Shown in pieces: positions 1-6,181 of a stretch of 6,783 bases of DNA. Source of the DNA: Naegleria gruberi (Eukaryota); the NCBI GenBank assembly GCA_000004985.1, contig GG739017.1; one strand, written 5' to 3'. Position numbers and translations under genes: made by a program. Numbering within the stretch: position 1 is the first letter of the stretch; each line of letters opens with the position of its first letter. Under the pieces are notes generated by a model that searched no databases, was not told where the DNA came from, and saw nothing but the letters and a program-made list of their open reading frames with translations.

Positions 1-1
1 T

Positions 2-529
2 GGTGTGAACTTTACAGTTTGTTGTGATTTGGTTTTAAGTAATGGAAAGGTTGGACATAATTTGGATTTTTCAAAAGAAACTCAACATGTTAAAGTGAAT
101 GTTTGTAATCCTGATTTGGTTTATCAAGGTGTTTCAAAACATCCAAGATTTACAATGGGTGCTTTCTTAGAAGCTTTGGATACTTTATTTTTCATTTCAA
201 ATGGAAAGAGACAACATTTACAATATGAATTATTTGGAAAACCACACAAAGTCACCTATGATTATGCAAAGAAAGTTTTAATTGACCAATTGAGATCCTC
301 ACATGCTGGTCATGAAGATAGAGATAATGTCGATGATATGACTATTTATGCAATTGGTGACAATCCATTGAGTGATATCAAAGGTGCAAATGGTGCTGGA
401 TTTGTTTCCATGTTATTGAGAACTGGAGTTTGGCAATCAAGTGAAGAAAATGATTCACAAAATCCTGCAACTCACGTATTTCCATCTGTTAGGGAAGCAT
501 TTAAATTTATTTGTGATAAACATTTATAA
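2..529 (+). CDS. C-terminal fragment (5'-truncated by the window edge) of a HAD-superfamily subfamily IIA hydrolase (NagD/CECR5/YKR070W-like); stop TAA at 527-529
   Basis: The frame is open from nt 2, and the track's M at position 5 is a GTG so the ORF continues upstream of the window. It contains the HAD-IIA motif III lysine context LFGKPHK (~233-250) and a motif IV-like IYAIGDNPLSDIKGANGAG (from ~347), followed by a hydrophobic cap and end. Codon usage matches the other genes (GAA, CAA, AGA, GGT). Confidence 0.55.
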   Translation, partial: GVNFTVCCDLVLSNGKVGHNLDFSKETQHVKVNVCNPDLVYQGVSKHPRFTMGAFLEALDTLFFISNGKRQHLQYELFGKPHKVTYDYAKKVLIDQLRSSHAGHEDRDNVDDMTIYAIGDNPLSDIKGANGAGFVSMLLRTGVWQSSEENDSQNPATHVFPSVREAFKFICDKHL

Positions 530-924
530 TCGAATTATTTTACAACAATATTTACAAAATTGGAAAGGCTATACATATTCAGTGATCAATTCTCTTGGCA
601 TTCAGTCTGCAAAATAATCTTTCGCTTTTTGTTTTGGATAACTTTGATCTGATCCATTCTGTTTTCACTGTTGACAGATATTCGTGTAAATCAGTTGTGG
701 TTGACTTTATGTGTGAGTTTTGCAAAGTGATGAGTCTGGCAGGCATTTTGTTGTGTGTTTCTTGTTGAGGTATTTTATTTTGAATTAATTGTAAATTGCA
801 TGTGGGATCTATTTAAAGATTTTTTACCTGTTCCAATATTTTATGTAATTCCAAAAAACAATGGAATTTTTTAATACACGGACGCAACGCTAAGAAGAGA
901 GCAGGTCGTAGATATGTATGACAC

Positions 925-1140
925 ATGGGAGGAGCTGTGCCTCAATTCCAACATATGGGACAAGGTGCTCAACAAGTTCCTCAAATTCATAACCAATACT
1001 ATAACCAACAATCTCAAGCTCAACAAGGTAGGATAAACCAACTAGCCAACTCAAATAATGGCATGGGTCATTTTCAAGTTCCAATGAACAATCAACCACA
1101 AACCCAAGGAGGTGGTCATCAACCTCACAATAACTTCTAA
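925..1140 (+). CDS. Hypothetical small Q/N-rich protein (71 aa)
   Basis: ATG-initiated ORF very rich in Gln/Asn/Gly/Pro (MGGAVPQFQHMGQGAQQVPQIHNQYYNQQSQAQQ...), encoded almost entirely with CAA/AAC/GGT/CCA codons, as in yeast coding sequence. A TATTTAAAG TATA-like element lies ~110 bp upstream (810-818). Downstream of the stop are AT-rich 3'-end-like motifs (TATGTGTATAC, tandem AAATAACAAAT x2 at ~1166-1195). No recognisable domain, and an alternative out-of-frame ATG at 914 gives a 38-aa peptide. Confidence 0.25.
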   Translation: MGGAVPQFQHMGQGAQQVPQIHNQYYNQQSQAQQGRINQLANSNNGMGHFQVPMNNQPQTQGGGHQPHNNF

Positions 1141-1272
1141 GCTAGATTCCATATGTGTATACTAAATTATTAAATAACAAATAAATAACAAATAAATTAT
1201 TATTCCTCTTCGTGTAACAACTCATTCATTGTCATTGGTTATTTTAAGGCAATGAAATATATATTATAGGAA

Positions 1273-1653
1273 ATGTTTATGTTTATTGTACTTGCTAACA
1301 AGGAGGGTGGATACTATGAGGAGATGGTTCCAATCCTCTCATATTTGGGAAACTCTTTAGCCCACTTGATCATGTTATATGAGCACGAGCTTCAGCATAG
1401 TGAGTCCTTAAATGAATCACATTTTGTTAATAGTGATAACCAATTTGATAACTTAATCAACCCACTATTGGGGGAAAGTGAATTGTTTAAGTCAGCCGAA
1501 CTGTCATTAGCATTATTTAGGGAATTAGAGGAGGGAATTATTAACAAAAGAATCATCAAAACAAACAAGAGGCTTATCGTTTGTCCTAGGAGGCAAACTA
1601 TTGCAAATGATTGTTCTCTTTTCAAGGAATGCTTGAACAAAAAGTGCATGTGA
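1273..1653 (+). CDS. Hypothetical ORF (126 aa), no recognisable domain; overlaps the 3' part of the minus-strand ORF 2007..1525
   Basis: ATG-initiated ORF with no similarity recognised. GAG is used more often than GAA and AGG is frequent, unlike the confident genes here, which argues against it being real. Its last 129 nt overlap the opposite-strand 160-aa ORF, so at most one of the two is coding there. Confidence 0.15.
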   Translation: MFMFIVLANKEGGYYEEMVPILSYLGNSLAHLIMLYEHELQHSESLNESHFVNSDNQFDNLINPLLGESELFKSAELSLALFRELEEGIINKRIIKTNKRLIVCPRRQTIANDCSLFKECLNKKCM

Positions 1654-2007
1654 GCTAACGGTTTTGAAAATTAATTTATCTGGAGCTTGAAGTTGTACTT
1701 TTTCTAAGCTTTCTTTTATGTGAGGTAGACCAGATAATCCAATTACTTCCAAAAGTGGTTGATCAGTCTCAGAAAAGCTCTTTAATTTTAACATCAAGGA
1801 ATAGGTACTTGATGTTATCTCAGCTACCTGTTCCGAAAGGTGGCTCATTAAGCACCATTCGCTTACCCTGTTATCAGAGTTTTGTAACAGTGTTTTAAAG
1901 CCTTGTTTGATGATTTCCATGAACTTGCTCTTCCAACTCTGTAGTGTGAATAAGCTCATTTTTTTCAGTTTGGGCACTAACGAAAACTTTTTTTGGAAAT
2001 ATTCCAT
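1525..2007 (-). CDS. Hypothetical protein (160 aa), no recognisable domain
   Basis: True ATG at 2007 is the first in-frame ATG after an upstream stop (TAA at 2047-2049 on the minus strand). It is the longest ORF in the 1150-2500 interval, and an AT-rich putative promoter lies at 2050-2400. Codon usage is only weakly biased, and there is no motif-level identification. Confidence 0.3.
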   Translation of the reverse strand: MEYFQKKFSLVPKLKKMSLFTLQSWKSKFMEIIKQGFKTLLQNSDNRVSEWCLMSHLSEQVAEITSSTYSLMLKLKSFSETDQPLLEVIGLSGLPHIKESLEKVQLQAPDKLIFKTVSSHALFVQAFLEKRTIICNSLPPRTNDKPLVCFDDSFVNNSLL

Positions 2008-2518
2008 TAATAATAAGGCCTTATTAGTTAATTTACCAAAAGTATTTTATTTCCACAACACATGGTGGTAATTTAGTTTTGAAAATGTTTTGCATCTCAT
2101 TTGCAGTTCAATCCATTCTATCAAAGTCTGAACATACAAACTATCCATCATTACAATGATTAAAATAATTCAATAAAGTTCTTCAAAGTAAACTGATTGA
2201 ATGCGTTTTTCTGAAAGGTAATTCACACCCTTCCCGCAACTTTCGCCACCGACTCTTCTTGATGGTTTCAGGTTGTAAAGATATTGAAATAAGGAACTAA
2301 ACATGACAATGCATAGAATAAAATTAAGGCTTGAAAAATGAATTTAGAAGTAATATTTTAAATTTTAATGATGAATAATGATTTTTTTGGATGTTAAAGA
2401 GCTAGTTGTTTGATGATATATAGAACATTGTATCAATCTTTTAATATTTTACAAATGATCAACAAAAAACTTCTCATCAAACCCAGTTCCATTCTTAACA
2501 TTTTATTTTATGAAATGT

Positions 2519-4661
2519 TTAATTTACTTTCCTCACAATAAGAGGCCAACCAACTTGAATGACAACGAACTTGTGGATAGTTTTATCATTATTGCCAAGT
2601 AATTCTTGTTCTTTTTTGGCATATTGTTTAACCTTAGAACTTGCCTCATTTAAGATACTTTCAACTTTAACATATTTGTTTGCCCATTTTTGAAAAACTA
2701 GCATATTCAATAACTGGCTTTCATCAGCTTGTAATAATTCTTTAAATTTTTCCTTAAACATATAAGGTTTCCAAATTCTAATAGTAGAATATTGTGATAA
2801 ATACATTGGTCTCAAACGTTTCAATTTAATGATAAATATGTCATTGTCGGTTGAAATAACAAGGTCAGCTCTTAATTCAGTATATTCTTTTCCATTGATA
2901 TGATAATTTGTATATTCCTTTTCTGCTCTAAAAGTAAAATCTTTGCTTCTATATAAAGAATATGATCTCAATGCAGATTCAATACAAGATTGTAAACTTC
3001 TTTCAGACATATCATTGTCAAACACTGTTTCTTGCTTGCTTAAAATACTCCAAAGTAATTTTTTCAAATTATCTTGAGTTGGTTCATTAATAAAAGTTGA
3101 TATATCACTTTCACGTAAAGATATAAGTCTACGTAACTGTTCCAAATATTGAACCTTTGCAATTTCATTTGGAATTAACAATTGTTTTGGATTCATTTGT
3201 TTTGAGGATGATTCTGTGAAAGTAATCATACCATGATAATACATGAATGATAAAGCATTATCACGAATCTTTTGTATATCTTCTTCATTGGATGGTGGAT
3301 CAATAATCTCTCTTAATTTCAGTGAAGGATAAATTGACTCGGTTACTTCTATATAATCTTTTGAAAGTAATTGTTGAATAATATCATTCGATACAACTGA
3401 TGATGCCAAAGTTGCAAAAACGTTCTCACTGATCATTGTGTTGGTATCTGTTAATATTGATAATGGAATTTCTTGTTTTTGTAGAACAGCATTTCTGAAA
3501 GGTTCATCTTTTACAAGTTTGTTCAAAAAGAACATTGAAAGAGTTGTGTTGAATAGAGCATGTTTTGAACCAGGAAAATGATAACCTTTATAATACTTTT
3601 TCATGGTTGAAATGGTAATATCTTGATCATTTCCAATAATATCAATGTTATTTAATGCCATTCTCAAATCATTTTCTGTAAAACCAACCAAACCACCAAA
3701 TATCTTATCAGAGGAAATATTACTGGAAACATTATATCCAGATGCATCAGCAAGAGCAATAGGAGTGATACCAGTGATGATACTACGAAAATCTTGTAAA
3801 CCAGTAGCGGAAGACTCTTTCAATCTTTCAAAGAAAGAACGAATTGGTGAAGATGTTGGATCTCCTCTCTTTCCTTCAACTATTAATTGATATTTTTCAG
3901 GATTTTCAAATATTAATTTGTTTGCAAATCTATCATATTCATCAATTAATACCATTAATTTGCCTTTTCTCTTGACTAAAAGTTGGATAAGTTTTTGATA
4001 AGTATCAAATGAATCATTTTGATTAATGCTTACCTCACCACCCATACCATAACATTCCAAAAATCCTTCAATGGTTGTATTGATTTTTCTCATGAAGCCG
4101 TTGATTAATATCTTCCGTTGTACCATCAACTTGAATAGAAAAATCTAACTTTAAAACATGATATTGATTCTTTCCAGGTGTCCAATTCTGTTCATCACCA
4201 ATCCATAAACCAGAAAATAATTCATCAAATTCATCTTTCTTGTTAACATCATAATATAATGAAAGCATTGATAGTAATAGTGATTTTCCCCATCTCGGAG
4301 GACGAACCAAAAATAATTGATCACCTGCCTCCTCTAATCGTGGAATTAAATTAGTTTTATCAACATAAAATTGTTTACTTCTTCGGATGGAACCAAAATC
4401 TGATTTTCCATATGGAAAATATGGTACTAATAATTTTTTATCATTAATGTTGTTAAATTTAATGTTGTTATTTGTTTGTTTTAGAAATTTTAATGAATTT
4501 GAATAGTTTTTAAATTGATTAATTGTACACTTATTATTATTGATGATTAAATTATTAATTTTGAAGATTGGTGTGTTGTGCGGTGTAATTTTAGGTGATG
4601 CAGTAAATAATTGCAATCCTGATGATTTTGTGCTGATTTTACTAAGGACGTTATGTTTCAT
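2519..4661 (-). CDS. AAA-ATPase-like (Pfam PF09820 type: YVDKT ... RPxRxGKSL) protein with C-terminal PD-(D/E)XK-nuclease-like domain (PF08011/DUF1703 type) and an N/K/S/T-rich N-terminal leader; reading frame interrupted by a single-nt frameshift in the T5 run at 4084-4088 (track ORFs 4682..4068 and 4129..2519 are the two halves)
   Basis: N-terminal half: PYFPYGKSDFGSIRRSKQFYVDKTNLIPRLEEAGDQLFLVRPPRWGKSLLLSMLSLYYD is the hallmark block of the predicted AAA-ATPase family (..DF..LR..N..YVDKT...I..L......FLSRPRRFGKSL..S.L). Family-consistent blocks follow downstream: LKLDFS, LIDEYDRFANKL, YKGYHFPG, and a C-terminal GKEYTELRADLVISTDNDIFIIKLKRL that resembles the GRIDLvi....iiiEFK nuclease core. 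The first true ATG is at 4661; the track's 4682 start is a TTG, and a TGA lies just upstream in frame. The two ORFs overlap in different frames. The downstream frame opens immediately after a TAG at ~4150-4152. Removing one A from the AAAAA run yields a continuous ...DINQRLHEKINTTIEGFLECYGMGG... sequence. Confidence 0.7.
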
Positions 4662-4732
4662 ATTTTTCCATTTTTTAACCAATCTTCAAAATGACAACAT
4701 TCACTGTGAATTCTACTTTTCGGTTCGTTCAT

Positions 4733-4976
4733 CCCAACACACTTTGAGGGAAAGTACACCAAAAACTCATTGGCACAACTGTTCCCAGCACACTTTTAAG
4801 TTTGTAAATCAATAAACTATTAAGAATATTTACCAATGCCCCTTCTCCTTCTTTTTCTTTGATAGTACTACCCTTTATCATGCTGGGAGAGTGTTATTTA
4901 TGATTCGGAAGAGAGTAATAACCTTTACAAAATGTGATGGTCAGTCTCATAACATTTTCAAAATGTGCTGGGAACA
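4733..4976. repeat. Short repeated motif CCCA[A/G]CACACTTT: direct copies at 4733-4748 and 4784-4800, inverted copy at 4964-4976 (13-mer TGTTCCCAGCACA at 4780-4792 is exactly reverse-complemented at 4964-4976)
   Basis: Found by direct reading. CCCAACACACTTTGAG and CCCAGCACACTTTTAAG lie 51 bp apart on the + strand. TGTGCTGGGAACA at 4964-4976 is the exact reverse complement of 4780-4792. All copies lie in the intergenic region just upstream (promoter side) of the minus-strand AAA-ATPase-like gene. Confidence 0.5.
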
Positions 4977-5206
4977 ATTCAGTTCGGTTAAAATGCAAAG
5001 TTGTAGAACAGCACATGCCTTGAACTCATTCAGCAAGTGGCAATTCATCTCCGTTCTATTACAGTTGATCAGACACTATTTGTGATGTTTCTGCCATCAC
5101 TGACTATGTTGTTTAACTGTTATTCAAGGTCGCTAGGAAGCAACAAATGTTGTCCATAGATTATCAACTATAATAGAATGCTTACACACTTCTTGAGTAT
5201 AATTTG

Positions 5207-5320
5207 TTGTGAAAAGATGGTGACTAAAGGAAGTGGAATTACTAAGAAAAAATTTAGTAAAAATTCAAAACAACATTTTAGGTTGAATATTGGTTAAATC
5301 ACTCTCTCATCTTTTCACAA
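5207..5320. repeat. 13-bp perfect inverted repeat TTGTGAAAAGATG (5207-5219) / CATCTTTTCACAA (5308-5320), spacer ~88 bp
   Basis: Exact reverse-complement match read directly from the sequence. Located in the divergent intergenic region ~200 bp before the assembly gap. Confidence 0.45.
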
Positions 5321-5527
5321 TATGTCATTTATATATATTTCTAATATATTTGAAACTTCAAGTGATACCTATTCCTGTATTTTGTGAACGATTATGTTGA
5401 AATTATTCTTGTCAACATTCTTTAAGCAAACTGTTATACAATACAATTTATTAGAAGTTTGTTTTACCAATACTTTCAAAAAGGATTTACAGTTGGAATA
5501 AATGGCACAGCTTAAATATTGAATTGT

Positions 5528-5938
5528 NNNNNNNNNNNNNNNNNNNNNNNNNNNNNNNNNNNNNNNNNNNNNNNNNNNNNNNNNNNNNNNNNNNNNNNNN
5601 NNNNNNNNNNNNNNNNNNNNNNNNNNNNNNNNNNNNNNNNNNNNNNNNNNNNNNNNNNNNNNNNNNNNNNNNNNNNNNNNNNNNNNNNNNNNNNNNNNNN
5701 NNNNNNNNNNNNNNNNNNNNNNNNNNNNNNNNNNNNNNNNNNNNNNNNNNNNNNNNNNNNNNNNNNNNNNNNNNNNNNNNNNNNNNNNNNNNNNNNNNNN
5801 NNNNNNNNNNNNNNNNNNNNNNNNNNNNNNNNNNNNNNNNNNNNNNNNNNNNNNNNNNNNNNNNNNNNNNNNNNNNNNNNNNNNNNNNNNNNNNNNNNNN
5901 NNNNNNNNNNNNNNNNNNNNNNNNNNNNNNNNNNNNNN
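5528..5938. other. Assembly gap (411 N) inside the intergenic region between the divergent AAA-ATPase-like gene and the DEAD-box helicase gene
   Basis: Uninterrupted run of n from 5528 to 5938. The ORF-track entries made of X (5369..5941, 5487..6146, 5519..5986, 5524..6009) are artefacts of translating this gap. Confidence 0.99.
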
Positions 5939-6181
5939 CATTCCGTTCTCTCACCATCTCATCACTCTCACACAGCAAGGTTGTAAACAACAAACACGCT
6001 AGCCAATGAATCTTTTGCCTTGAGTTGTGTTGAATCACAACGCGTTGTTTGCTTGGTGCTGCTGGCAGCCGAAGAGAATAAACAAAGCCTGACCAACGCA
6101 CATCTTGTTTGAATCGTTTTCGAAAAAAAAATAACAACAACCCCACTTACTTACTACCCGTAACAATTTTAAATTTAAAAA
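5939..6181 (+). promoter_or_regulatory. Putative core promoter / 5'-UTR of the DEAD-box helicase gene: pyrimidine (CT)-rich tract followed by an A-rich leader
   Basis: CATTCCGTTCTCTCACCATCTCATCACTCTCACACAG (5939-5975) is a pyrimidine-rich tract of the kind found upstream of well-expressed yeast genes. CGAAAAAAAAATAACAACAACCCCACTTACTTACTACC and AAATTTAAAAAATGG put A at -3 and G at +4 of the ATG at 6182. There is no in-frame ATG upstream (TAA at 6170-6172). Confidence 0.35.

Noticed and set aside
579-746. ~55-codon minus-strand sORF (MPARLITLQNSHIKSTTTDLHEYLSTVKTEW...) with an A-rich Kozak-like context (ACAACAAAATGCC)
   Set aside because: It is too short and lies in the 3' flank of the HAD gene. 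It has no recognisable similarity. It cannot be separated from chance without expression or conservation data.
890-1099. 69-aa ORF on the minus strand (MVDCSLELEND...)
   Set aside because: It is the antisense of the CAA/AAC-rich Q/N ORF. Its Leu/Glu-rich translation is the expected by-product of reverse-complementing CAA/TTG-rich sequence. It has no start context.
1026-1300. Possible intron: GTAGGA after the ATG-914 short ORF, and TGCTAAC (1291-1297) as a branch point
   Set aside because: The 5' splice site does not match the yeast GTATGT/GTAAGT/GTGAGT consensus. The spacing to the branch-like element and to any following 3' splice site is unsupported. Every confident gene in the window is intron-less.
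1392-1649. 85-aa minus-strand ORF overlapping both ORF 1273..1653 and ORF 1525..2007
   Set aside because: It lies in the third frame of an already doubly-claimed region, has a low-complexity Leu/Ser-rich translation and no true start context. It is a chance ORF.
2221-2275. Locally GC-rich patch (CACCCTTCCCGCAACTTTCGCCACCGACTCTTC) checked as a possible tRNA or other small RNA gene
   Set aside because: No acceptable cloverleaf could be drawn on either strand. There is no GGTTCGANTCC-type T-arm, no A-box/B-box spacing and no CCA-adjacent acceptor pairing.
3645-3890. 81-aa plus-strand ORF inside the large minus-strand gene
   Set aside because: It lies fully inside, and antisense to, the well-supported AAA-ATPase-like/PD-(D/E)XK CDS. 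It is a chance ORF.
4716-4736. GGTTCGTTCATCCC resembling a tRNA T-loop (GGTTCGAATCC)
   Set aside because: There is a mismatch in the loop, and no D-arm, anticodon stem or acceptor stem can be formed from the flanking sequence. It is more likely part of the promoter motif cluster.
4540-4815. 91-aa plus-strand ORF (MMIKLLILKIGVL...)
   Set aside because: It is antisense to the N-terminal coding region of the AAA-ATPase-like gene and starts at a non-ATG codon in the track. It is hydrophobic low-complexity junk typical of antisense AT-rich coding DNA.
4891-5085. 64-aa plus-strand ORF in the divergent promoter region
   Set aside because: It is short and Cys/Trp-rich with unbiased codons. It spans the inverted copy of the promoter motif, so it is more likely regulatory DNA than coding.
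5369-6146. Four track ORFs consisting of X residues
   Set aside because: They are translations across the 411-N assembly gap and carry no information.
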